From: a virus
Taxonomy: Duplodnaviria; Caudoviricetes
Reading direction: 5' to 3' (one strand)
DNA length: 64,000 nucleotides
IMG/VR virus record: IMGVR_UViG_3300027898_000001
Part shown: positions 54,978 to 64,000 of the stretch, piece after piece
Position numbering within the stretch: position 1 is the first letter of the stretch
How the letters are laid out: the number at the start of each line of letters is the position of its first letter
Notes under the pieces: model-generated
The model's database searches: none
Told to the model about the DNA's origin: nothing
What the model saw: only the letters and a program-made list of their open reading frames with translations
Program-made: the position numbers and the translations under genes

Positions 54978-57900
54978 TTACGATATAGTCACAGTGAAAG
55001 ATATTACACCGATACCTGAGAAGTCAGTACGGTATACTTTCCAAAGAGAAGCACCTGTACCATCATCGTAAGTAACAGTCAATGGACCTGTAGTAGTTCC
55101 TACATCACCATCTGCCCACTGCATACCATCCCAACTGCCTGGGAACCCTGTACTGTTATCCGTGAATACTGCGCTGCCCATATAAGCAGGGTGTGCGAAG
55201 TAACCGTATTGCGGCGTATCACCATTGGTACCCCAAGTGACGTTCATATTAACAGTTGGGAAAGGGCCAGCACCTGTTAAGTGCGTAGTTAACTGTTGAT
55301 CTATAAACTGTTGAGGGCCTGTCCAATGTTGATATGGAGTGCCACCCTGGTTAGTTGGTACACCGTTGACAAGATTTGTCTTACCGCCGGTGAAGTCTGT
55401 ATCAGAGAACTGACCAAGACCGTAGTACGCTTTAGCCACATTAACATGTGCAGAAGCCGTTACACTTAATATCAAGGATGCGGATTTAGTCACACCATTC
55501 TCCGTATAACTACCTGAAATGGTTGTGTTAGTGTTACTTGCTACAGTGGCTGCAGTGAACACCCCAGTAGTTGCAACAATACTTCCCGCTGAACCAATTG
55601 AACTACTCCAGTTAGTAATCGGCACTATAGCATTTGTTCCGTCTTCATAAGTAGCCCTGAATTGGAACGTAGTTGTACTTCCGCCGGCTAATGTAGAAAC
55701 ACCGACAACGCTCGCACTAGTCAAGAAGTTCACAGTGTTAGTCACGTTAATAGTTTTAATGCCATTAACTGTTGCGCCAGCTTCTGTGTACGCGGCACCG
55801 ATGTTAGTTGTTTGCGCAGAGGTCACGTTTACAGCAGGAGTAAACAAACCAGATGCTGCAACTATACTACCAGCAGAAGCATTCGAGTTTGTCCACGTAT
55901 TTGTAGCTACGTTGTTCACAACGCTACCATCATCGAATGTCACATTCAATTGGTAAGTAGTCGCAGCAGAACCTTCGCCCATTGTAGACAAACCAGAGAT
56001 TGTTGCACTTACTGGTTTACGTACATAAGTAACTGTCAGTGTTTTTGTATCTGAAACTGTAATACCGTACGCGGTGTAAGATGCTGTAATATTGGTAGGT
56101 TGATCTGCCAACACGTTAGCTGGAGTAAATACACCTGTATTAGCAACAATACTACCAGCAGAGGCATTAGAGCTTGCCCAGTTGGTAACAGGAACACTAG
56201 TTGTACTACCGTTATCGAATGTTACACTCAACACATAAGAAGTATTGGCAGCAGTTTCAAGTAACGTAGACGCACCAACAATAACCGCACTTACTGGACG
56301 TATTTTAGTATCGTTCACAGTCACGTTGAATGTGTTGGAAACAGTTTGACCATTCTCTGTCCATGAAGCACTAATAACAGTATTCTGATTACCTATTATG
56401 GTATCAGATGCTGTGAATACACCAGTTGTCGCATTAATAGAACCCGCTGTTGGATTTGTACTGCTCCAATTAGTGGGACTCTTAACTACGTTGCTGTTAT
56501 CGGTGTAATGAACCGTGAACGTATAGTTAGAAGTACCACCTTCGGATATTGTAGCGCTACCTGTAATCGTAGCAGTAGCTGGATATACCGTTGTATCTAC
56601 AACACTGATAGTTTTAGTACCATTAGCTGTTTGTCCATCTACTGTGTAAGATGCTGTGATATTAGTTACCAAAGCATTACCTGTTACGTTAGATACAGCA
56701 GTAAAAGCACCTGTTGAATCAATCGTGCCTGCTAATGAATTTGAACTCGCCCAATTAGTAACAGGTATGGTAGATGTACTGGCATCAGAGAATGTAACAC
56801 TCAAAGAATATGTACCAGAACTGTTCTCATTGATTGAAGACGGTCCAACAATAACAGCACTTACTGGATACTTAGTAACGTCTTTAACTGTGATGTTTTT
56901 AGTACCGTTAACTGTAACACCATTGGCTGTATAACTACCAGTCAATGTAGTAGGCTGATCAGACAACACGTTAGTAGTTGCTGCGAATAAACCTGTTGCA
57001 GAATTTATAACACCTGCAGCACCGTTAGACGTTGCCCAGTTTGCTATAGTAACATCACTTGAAGTACCATCTGTGAAAGTAACATGGAACAAGTATTGAC
57101 CTGTTGTGTTTTCATTCACGTTAGATGGACCATTAATTATAGCACTTACTGGGTAAACAGTAGTGTCAACGACTGTCAACAATTTGGTTGCACTAGCAGT
57201 TTGACCATTATTGGTATACGAGGCAGAAATGGTCGCAGTGGCATTACCTGTAGTAGGCAAAGCAGAGAACGAACCAGAACTACTACCTATAGTACCAACT
57301 GATGGTGTATCACTTGCCCAGTTAGAAACTGCAACATCACTAGAGGTGGCATCGGAGAACGTAACATGTAACGTATACACTTGTGACGTACTTTCATTCA
57401 CAGAGTTAGGACCAACAATTGTTGCACTAACGGGGTAAACAGTAGAGTCTGCCACAGTGATTGGTAATGTTGCATTAACAGTGTGACCATCTAGTGTATA
57501 CGATGCTGTGATATTAGCTGTAAGCGGAACACCAGTCACGGAGTTAGCAGTAAACACACCCAATGACGTGATACTACCAGCGGCAGCATTATCTACTGCC
57601 CAGTTCGTAACAGTTTTAATCACATTGCTATTATCTGCAAATGTAACACGTAGTTGATAAGTCTGTGTAGCATTTTCCATTAATGCAGCAGTACCTAAAA
57701 TAGTAGCACTTACTGGATAAACGGTAGTATCTTGCACAGTCAAATTCAACGTAGCACTTTTTGTAACACCACTTTCAGTATAACTACAGCTAATAACAGT
57801 TGGCGTAGATGCGAGCACATTGGTGTTAGCCGTAAACACTCCGGTCACTGGATCAATCGCACCTGCAGCCGCATTAGAGCTAGCCCAGTTGGTGATAGGT

Positions 57901-59828
57901 ACAATGTTGGTAGCGTTGTTTTGATATTTCACACTAGCAGTAAATGTCTGCGTAGTATTTTCACCCATTGTAGCATTACCAAGAATGGTAAGTGTAGATG
58001 GATAATTGGTTGTATCAACAACAGTAACATGCAACGTATTGCCTACAGTTAGTCCAGATTGCGTGAACGATGCTGAAATATCCGTAGTCTGATTAGATGT
58101 TACTTGATTCGCTGTGAATAAACCGGTTGTAGCATTTATAACCCCTGAAGTAGGGGTACTGCTTGTCCAGTTAGTTACAGGCACTACAGAAGTTGTTCCA
58201 TCTGAGAAAGTTACAGATAACTGGTAAGTAGAAGTAAGACCTTCATTAACAGTTGCCGCACCTTGTACAACAGCACTCAATGGATATATGGTTGTATCTA
58301 CGATAGTAATGTTCTTGGTAGCAGATACGGTACGACCATTATTAGTATAAGAAGCACTAACAATTGCAGCAACCGCACTATTAACATTCACAGGTGCAGT
58401 CAATACACCAGATACAGCATCAATCGCACCTGCAGAAGCATTATCCAATGCCCAGTTAGTTACTGGAACAGTAGTGCTACTACCATCTGTATAAGTAACA
58501 GATAAAGTGTAAGTAGATGTTGTATTTTCATTTACATTCGCACTACCAACTATAGTAGCTGATTGTGGATATACAGTGGTATCAACAACTGTAATATCGT
58601 GAGTTGTGGAAACAGTAACACCACCTTCTGTGTACGATGCACTTAATGTAGTCAACTGGTTAGAGGTCACATTCAACGCTGACGTAAACACACCGGTAGC
58701 TGCATTTAATGTACCAGCACCTGCATTACTAGATGTGAATGTTGCAGGTACTACGGGCTTAGTTGTACCGTCATTATAACTGGCGACAACAACGAATGAA
58801 GTAGTATTGCTACCTTCATTAATATTACCTATACCTTGAATTTGAATACCTGTTACTACAGCAGTAACAGTAATATCAACAACAGTCAGGTCAAATGTAT
58901 TAAACTGCGTAACACCACTAGCTGGATGTGTCCACTCTGCACGTACACGAACAACTTGATTACCACTTATGTTGTTTGTAGTAAGTACACCAGTTGTAGA
59001 GTTAATGGTACCAACCGACTGTCCACTAATAATGCTCCAAGATGCTGGGATGCTGCCTTGTTGTGTACCATCTGAGAATGAAGCTACTGCGCTGAATACA
59101 ACAGGCACTTGTTCATTGACAGACGTACCAGAACTGCTACTAATGGTTAGAGTTTGATACACGGGTCCATTATAAATGACTTCCGATTTAGCAGGTGTTG
59201 CCCAAGAACCATAAACGGCACCAGTAGTGTTATTAATGCTGGTGATCTTTAAAATCTGACCCGCAACTGGTGAAACATTACCATCAATATGTACAAAGAA
59301 ATCATTGATGCCTGTACTTCCAGCCAACATAGTTGCTGGATATTGCGGATGCGAATGTGGTGTAGGTTGACGCGCATCAGACATTCTAGGATCTTCGTTA
59401 GATACCACAACAGGGTCAAGTGGTGTAGTAGGTAACAAGTTCAACTCGAACAATCCACGAACATCAACAGTTGCCAATGCTGGTGCACTGAGTTCAATTT
59501 CACCCAATTGGAATGTACTGGTTAAATCCCAGAATTGGGGCTCTGCTGCAATATCTTCTTCAAACATCAACTGAGCCCATGTGTTGCGATACCCCATACT
59601 AGGTAAAGCAGACACACGGCGTAGTGCTTGAGCATAACGAGGTGATGCAGGATCGGCTACAATCCACGTTACGTTAAGGGGTAACGTAACGTGGTTTGGT
59701 TCCATGTAAGCAATACATATAAAGAAATCTTGATTATTGTATTGCGTTATTAATGTGATAGGGTTTTCGACCGCGATATTACGCTTGTCTGCAACACTCA
59801 ACCACAGTTGAATAGTATCGGCTAACAT
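54978..59828 (-). CDS. Ig-like repeat virion protein (about 13 repeats of ~97 aa)
   Basis: Repeated YPxSAxIxGxxxxxE...Y.L.V.F.D...V.NW.SS...AG.I...G.FTA...ASYT.xG.T. Confidence 0.85.
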   Translation of the reverse strand: MLADTIQLWLSVADKRNIAVENPITLITQYNNQDFFICIAYMEPNHVTLPLNVTWIVADPASPRYAQALRRVSALPSMGYRNTWAQLMFEEDIAAEPQFWDLTSTFQLGEIELSAPALATVDVRGLFELNLLPTTPLDPVVVSNEDPRMSDARQPTPHSHPQYPATMLAGSTGINDFFVHIDGNVSPVAGQILKITSINNTTGAVYGSWATPAKSEVIYNGPVYQTLTISSSSGTSVNEQVPVVFSAVASFSDGTQQGSIPASWSIISGQSVGTINSTTGVLTTNNISGNQVVRVRAEWTHPASGVTQFNTFDLTVVDITVTAVVTGIQIQGIGNINEGSNTTSFVVVASYNDGTTKPVVPATFTSSNAGAGTLNAATGVFTSALNVTSNQLTTLSASYTEGGVTVSTTHDITVVDTTVYPQSATIVGSANVNENTTSTYTLSVTYTDGSSTTVPVTNWALDNASAGAIDAVSGVLTAPVNVNSAVAAIVSASYTNNGRTVSATKNITIVDTTIYPLSAVVQGAATVNEGLTSTYQLSVTFSDGTTSVVPVTNWTSSTPTSGVINATTGLFTANQVTSNQTTDISASFTQSGLTVGNTLHVTVVDTTNYPSTLTILGNATMGENTTQTFTASVKYQNNATNIVPITNWASSNAAAGAIDPVTGVFTANTNVLASTPTVISCSYTESGVTKSATLNLTVQDTTVYPVSATILGTAALMENATQTYQLRVTFADNSNVIKTVTNWAVDNAAAGSITSLGVFTANSVTGVPLTANITASYTLDGHTVNATLPITVADSTVYPVSATIVGPNSVNESTSQVYTLHVTFSDATSSDVAVSNWASDTPSVGTIGSSSGSFSALPTTGNATATISASYTNNGQTASATKLLTVVDTTVYPVSAIINGPSNVNENTTGQYLFHVTFTDGTSSDVTIANWATSNGAAGVINSATGLFAATTNVLSDQPTTLTGSYTANGVTVNGTKNITVKDVTKYPVSAVIVGPSSINENSSGTYSLSVTFSDASTSTIPVTNWASSNSLAGTIDSTGAFTAVSNVTGNALVTNITASYTVDGQTANGTKTISVVDTTVYPATATITGSATISEGGTSNYTFTVHYTDNSNVVKSPTNWSSTNPTAGSINATTGVFTASDTIIGNQNTVISASWTENGQTVSNTFNVTVNDTKIRPVSAVIVGASTLLETAANTSYVLSVTFDNGSTTSVPVTNWASSNASAGSIVANTGVFTPANVLADQPTNITASYTAYGITVSDTKTLTVTYVRKPVSATISGLSTMGEGSAATTYQLNVTFDDGSVVNNVATNTWTNSNASAGSIVAASGLFTPAVNVTSAQTTNIGAAYTEAGATVNGIKTINVTNTVNFLTSASVVGVSTLAGGSTTTFQFRATYEDGTNAIVPITNWSSSIGSAGSIVATTGVFTAATVASNTNTTISGSYTENGVTKSASLILSVTASAHVNVAKAYYGLGQFSDTDFTGGKTNLVNGVPTNQGGTPYQHWTGPQQFIDQQLTTHLTGAGPFPTVNMNVTWGTNGDTPQYGYFAHPAYMGSAVFTDNSTGFPGSWDGMQWADGDVGTTTGPLTVTYDDGTGASLWKVYRTDFSGIGVISFTVTIS

Positions 59829-59839
59829 AAGTAACCCTC

Positions 59840-60475
59840 TTAAACCAAATCAGTAGTTTGCAGTTTGCGCCAAACAGCCGTTGTTGCAGAAGTCGCAACA
59901 AGTGTAGCACCATTAATAGGCGCATCTGAACCACTTATTGTCACAATCCCTGAACTTGTACGTAGTTGTGTTGCAGGTACCTCAGGATGCGTATGAGGCA
60001 GTGGAGTACGTGCGTCGGTCAATCTTGGATCAGTATCAGAAACAACAACTGGATTAGAAGCTACAGCAGCTGGTGTGGATAGTCGAGCAATACCTGCTAC
60101 AGTTACTTGCGCTGGTGATGGCCCTGCATTACTAACACCTAATTGAGCCTGATCAGCAGAATCATACGTTTGAGGTACCCAAACAGAATCAAACGTATCT
60201 AATACTTGCCATGTCTGGTGCCAAGGTGCAGTAGTGTCTTTACTAACACGTTGTAATGCCATTCTGTAGAACGTACTAAGTGGGTCAAGAACTACCCACG
60301 TTACGTTAATTGGTAATACTAAGGTTGTAGGTTCATTAATAGCGCATACGATTGCGTGTACAGTACTATTCGTTGGGTTACTAATGCGTAATACGATGGG
60401 GTTGTTGGCATCTAGGTTGCGCACATTACTGATCTGCTCTAAATCACCAATCAAATCTTCAAGACGTTTTTCCAT
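59840..60475 (-). CDS. virion protein paralogous to the N-terminus of the Ig-repeat protein
   Basis: LP(I/L)NVTW, DP...AL(Q/R)RVS, PVVVS..DPR..DAR.P.PH.HP..PAT shared. Confidence 0.75.
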   Translation of the reverse strand: MEKRLEDLIGDLEQISNVRNLDANNPIVLRISNPTNSTVHAIVCAINEPTTLVLPINVTWVVLDPLSTFYRMALQRVSKDTTAPWHQTWQVLDTFDSVWVPQTYDSADQAQLGVSNAGPSPAQVTVAGIARLSTPAAVASNPVVVSDTDPRLTDARTPLPHTHPEVPATQLRTSSGIVTISGSDAPINGATLVATSATTAVWRKLQTTDLV

Positions 60476-60491
60476 AATAAAATACCTTCAA

Positions 60492-62120
60492 TTATTCAGA
60501 GAATTTAGTGCCAGTTGGTTGAATAAACGCAGTCAAGTGGATGCGTTTAACTGCAATTACAGGATCGGCGTACACATCTAGTATCAAGTCACCTGAAGCT
60601 ATAGTATCAGGTAAGTTGTTTCTATCGTCACACACAACATCATACGCATTCAAACCTCGACCTTGTTTAATAGGTTCTAGGAAAGATGAAGTGATACCGC
60701 GAAGCTGTTTGCGCAAGAACTCATCATTAGGATCGAACACACCAAACGCTACAGAAGTAGAAATAGATTTCTTGATATAGTTAAACAAACGGCGCACGTT
60801 CACATGTTGTGTAGCACTTGGTTGTGTTTGTAGAGTAGCTTGTCCCCAAATAACATAACCACGACCTGGAATAAATCTGATACAGTTGATCTGTGCTTGA
60901 TCCAAAGCATCACGGGCACCTTGATTATACTTCTTACGAATATCACGAATTTGTAATTGTCCGCGATTCAAACCAGCTGGTGCAAACCAAAGAGCGCGCT
61001 CTGAATCTGTACGCGCGAAAGCTGCGGAAACAAGACCAGATGGTGGCATCCAAACTTTTTTGTCATTGTCTGTGTCATCAATTTGAACCCAAGGTCCATA
61101 AATACCACCGTAACTATCATTGATGTTTAAATCGTTTCTACGGTAGTTTACTGCATCTGAAACTTCTGCCGCAGCATCAGGCATATCTAAGATAGCGAAG
61201 GCATCAAAACGATTACGAGCAACATCAACCATAACACGTTGTACAACAGGGTTCGCATAACCACCATTAACTAATAGGTTAACGTCGATGTGTTCTGCGT
61301 CATCATATAACTGCCACGCATTAGCTATTTGATCTGTAGTTACAGGCAAACCATCTGTAGCACCTGATAAGAATTGGAATGGTGCTGTGAGTACGGGCAC
61401 GATTTTGCAATAAGGGTTATTACGTACACGAATATATTTAGAACGTGTATTGATAACGTCTTCTACAAACAAGCCACTACCATCAGTATTAACTTCACCA
61501 ACGGTACGTGATACTAAGAATGATTCTACAGGTACGTTATTCGGCCCTGTGTAGTTGTAGAATACGTCAATATAGAAATGGTTTACGTTGTGGTCAGAAC
61601 CTACATTACGACCTTTTGGATTACTTGGACGTATACCAATAGCAATGTTGTTATTCCAAGCACCCGGATTCGCTGCGCAAATGAACATTAAGTCATTGTT
61701 TATATCAGCATCACCTGGATTAAAGCCTAAATTTGTAAACGGATCATCTTTACCTAATGGTACGTTTGAACCATTATCGAAGTTATTTAAAGCCAGTCTT
61801 GGAGTTTGTGCAGTTGGATCATCTACAGTAAGATAAGCACCTGCTGTAAGTGCTCCGTTAACAACACGGGTAATATACATACGGGAACTGACTTTACTGA
61901 ATTGTTTAGCACAAAGCAGCATAAATCCGTACTTACCGGCGTTAGGTTTACCAAATGTGTTATCAAGTTCCGTAGTGTCTGTGATGAGAGTACGTTCACC
62001 TACAGGTCCACGTCCTGCTGCACCAACAAAGGCACCAATCGAAGACGCGACTGAGGCAACACGCTGAGAAAGATCAATTTCGTTGGTGTAAACACCAGCA
62101 CTGGGGAAAACTGTATTCAT
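60492..62120 (-). CDS. tail sheath protein 2
   Basis: FPSAGVY...RGPVG, WFAPAGLNRG, QINCI, IWGQAT, VNVRRL, FDPND; ATG at 62120 after AGGA. Confidence 0.93.
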   Translation of the reverse strand: MNTVFPSAGVYTNEIDLSQRVASVASSIGAFVGAAGRGPVGERTLITDTTELDNTFGKPNAGKYGFMLLCAKQFSKVSSRMYITRVVNGALTAGAYLTVDDPTAQTPRLALNNFDNGSNVPLGKDDPFTNLGFNPGDADINNDLMFICAANPGAWNNNIAIGIRPSNPKGRNVGSDHNVNHFYIDVFYNYTGPNNVPVESFLVSRTVGEVNTDGSGLFVEDVINTRSKYIRVRNNPYCKIVPVLTAPFQFLSGATDGLPVTTDQIANAWQLYDDAEHIDVNLLVNGGYANPVVQRVMVDVARNRFDAFAILDMPDAAAEVSDAVNYRRNDLNINDSYGGIYGPWVQIDDTDNDKKVWMPPSGLVSAAFARTDSERALWFAPAGLNRGQLQIRDIRKKYNQGARDALDQAQINCIRFIPGRGYVIWGQATLQTQPSATQHVNVRRLFNYIKKSISTSVAFGVFDPNDEFLRKQLRGITSSFLEPIKQGRGLNAYDVVCDDRNNLPDTIASGDLILDVYADPVIAVKRIHLTAFIQPTGTKFSE

Positions 62121-62219
62121 AGAAAATGTCCTATTCACGTTTCTGGTTTAGTTGGTATAGAAACACAAAGTTCTAATTCAACACACAGTAAATTAGCGAA
62201 TAGGATGTTGGAATACGTT

Positions 62220-62408
62220 TTATAGTAGGTAGGAAATTCCGACGGATAGCATAGCTACTATCGACATATATAGGAAGAAGCGGGATATTTTATAGTGAAA
62301 AATAGCAGATTCTAAGTCTTGTGTTATTTTCAGTTCTTCTGCCTTACGTTCAAAATACATAGCAGGGCAAGAAAATATAAGTATTAAACACAGCTTGAGG
62401 ATTTCCAT
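62220..62408 (-). CDS. small membrane protein
   Basis: Two hydrophobic segments. Confidence 0.55.
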   Translation of the reverse strand: MEILKLCLILIFSCPAMYFERKAEELKITQDLESAIFHYKISRFFLYMSIVAMLSVGISYLL

Positions 62409-62734
62409 GATGCTTTTACCAATGTTATCGAATCTCGTAAAATAGATTCCGTTAAAGCGCGGTCAGTTCCGAGTAATGTTGATAGATTTTGAATTAACAT
62501 GTACTGCATGGTAGAGAAGTACATTGGACCATTACCATATTGCTGAGAGTCTTGCAACAACGCATTATAATCGTTGAAACCTAGAGAATTGGCAGCAGCA
62601 TCATACAGTTTAATATCTATTAACCCATTTTTATTTTCTTCACACACTACGTTAGCAACATCGTTACAGATAGTTTTTAGTTGTGGTATGAAGTCATTTG
62701 GAATACGGACCATTGACATATCTAGTGGTTCCAA
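62384..62734 (-). CDS. hypothetical protein
   Basis: ORF in operon; start uncertain (62734 TTG or a downstream ATG). Confidence 0.65.
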   Translation of the reverse strand: MEPLDMSMVRIPNDFIPQLKTICNDVANVVCEENKNGLIDIKLYDAAANSLGFNDYNALLQDSQQYGNGPMYFSTMQYMLIQNLSTLLGTDRALTESILRDSITLVKASWKSSSCV

Positions 62735-62913
62735 GAGTTTAGCGTAAAAGAAAGTATACCTACACCATACATAGCAGTTATTATCTTCAAGAACTCTAGG
62801 AAACCTTTACGTTTTCTGAAAAAGAACAGGAATGTTAACCAAAGAATTGCTAGAGAAATACCTACAGTGTAGAATACTAAAACAGCACCTAAATAAAATG
62901 TGGCGGCAGCCAT
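62722..62913 (-). CDS. small membrane protein
   Basis: Two TM helices separated by RKRK. Confidence 0.6.
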   Translation of the reverse strand: MAAATFYLGAVLVFYTVGISLAILWLTFLFFFRKRKGFLEFLKIITAMYGVGILSFTLNSWNH

Positions 62914-62914
62914 A

Positions 62915-63592
62915 TCATTTCTCCATCATGTTTATATTAAACCCAGTTAGCTTACGATATATTGCTAATGCAGTATCTATTTGACCATCTGCATCCAATT
63001 GTTCTATTACGTTGAACACACTGAATTTAAAGCCTTCTATATTTTCAGATAACTGCTTTGCAGTCTGTCTAAGATTCTTTAACTTAAGTTCGGCTTCTGC
63101 AACTAAATCCACATCAGTATCTTTGAACTTCTCGTATATGGAATTAGCACTAGGTGCATCATAGTCATTAGATTCGTTTTTAAGTCGAACCATTGCAGCT
63201 AAAGCAATTAAAGATTCCAACGCACCTAAGTCATCAATAGCATACGCGGCCTTACCTTCAATGAAGTAGTCCGTTAGTATCTTGCGGATAGCAGGTCTGA
63301 AAGACGCGGTTTTATCTGGATGGGTTAACGCACTCAATCTACGGAACTTCTCTTTAATATCTTTCTTCGTGCTACGTTTTTGTTTCTTATCAACTGCATT
63401 CTGCTTTTGTTGGTGCTTCTCGAAAGCAGAGTTATATTGTTGCACCATTTCTGGACACATTCTACGATACTTGCTATCTAAATAATCATATCTAGTAGTT
63501 GTATCCTGTATTATTTTACGCATCCCAGCAATGTGATTAGTTACTTCTAGTATTTCAACACCGAACGGGTCGAAACGAACCAATGTAGTCAT
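62915..63592 (-). CDS. J-domain (DnaJ-like) protein
   Basis: IKEKFRRLSALTHPDK: helix II plus HPD motif. Confidence 0.8.
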   Translation of the reverse strand: MTTLVRFDPFGVEILEVTNHIAGMRKIIQDTTTRYDYLDSKYRRMCPEMVQQYNSAFEKHQQKQNAVDKKQKRSTKKDIKEKFRRLSALTHPDKTASFRPAIRKILTDYFIEGKAAYAIDDLGALESLIALAAMVRLKNESNDYDAPSANSIYEKFKDTDVDLVAEAELKLKNLRQTAKQLSENIEGFKFSVFNVIEQLDADGQIDTALAIYRKLTGFNINMMEK

Positions 63593-63957
63593 TGCATTAA
63601 TTCCGATAGAGTTACAGTATTGCTGGATATGGAAACAGCAGGTTTAATTGTGCGTATATTACCAATCTTTATTGCAGCTATACTAAGATCCCCTAAAGGG
63701 GCAGGACAACCATCTGTTCCGCAGTGGGTAACGCATAATGTGTGATCTACCTTAACACCAGCTATAGCACGATACTCAACACCACTAAATACACCCTTAA
63801 CAATAGAAAATCTACGTTCCATAAAACATAAGCAGTGATACGATTCGTCTAACCAGCGCGTTTTACCGTCATTCAATACTGTGAACACTCTTTTTGGAAA
63901 AATAACAAATGTTTTATGCCATTCATTGCTCTTATGGCGTTTAGAAAATAATCTCAT
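63589..63957 (-). CDS. hypothetical protein
   Basis: ATGA overlaps at both ends. Confidence 0.65.
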   Translation of the reverse strand: MRLFSKRHKSNEWHKTFVIFPKRVFTVLNDGKTRWLDESYHCLCFMERRFSIVKGVFSGVEYRAIAGVKVDHTLCVTHCGTDGCPAPLGDLSIAAIKIGNIRTIKPAVSISSNTVTLSELMQ

Positions 63958-64000
63958 AGATGATCCAACACATTATTAATGGTTTTCTCACGATTGTCTG

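Noticed and set aside
1-64000. Genome-wide TAG reassignment suggested by the CUA tRNA
   Set aside because: Under the standard code the coding density is high, long genes are unbroken, and TAG occurs at clean gene ends with overlapping or adjacent downstream starts.
1-64000. CRISPR array, DGR, IS element, integrase or rRNA
   Set aside because: No regularly spaced repeats, reverse transcriptase, transposase, recombinase or rRNA signatures seen. All repeats found are inside coding sequences.

Overview
About 64 kb of an AT-rich, densely coding jumbo myovirus genome, almost all on the minus strand. The gene set and order recall the phiRSL1/Lu11/PaBG-type jumbo phages; this is inference, no search was run. 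Left to right: an accessory region (about 1-15 kb) with a small plus-strand CBM6/Fn3 island, three acyl carrier protein paralogues, a roughly 370-nt highly structured intergenic RNA, a C39-like peptidase, a GNAT, RNase H, a dimeric dUTPase and dCMP deaminase. Then baseplate/tail genes with two tubes and sheath 1 (15.8-29.6 kb), and a head module (29.7-38.9 kb) with a GIY-YIG endonuclease, major capsid, decoration/scaffold-like genes and prohead protease, into which Tad1-like and Acb1-like anti-defence genes are inserted. A second accessory block (38.9-42.7 kb) holds a glycosyltransferase, HAD, 2OG oxygenase and a 70-nt amber (CUA) tRNA with pyrrolysine-tRNA-like architecture. The rest is NAD ligase, tail fibre/adhesin genes, sheath 2 and a J-domain gene. 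Best leads: the tRNA-Pyl-like suppressor, the large unassigned RNA, the anti-CBASS/Thoeris pair translationally coupled to the prohead protease, the ACP triad, and accessory ORFs that look like stand-alone fragments of sheath, portal and capsid proteins. All family assignments come from motif recognition by eye.
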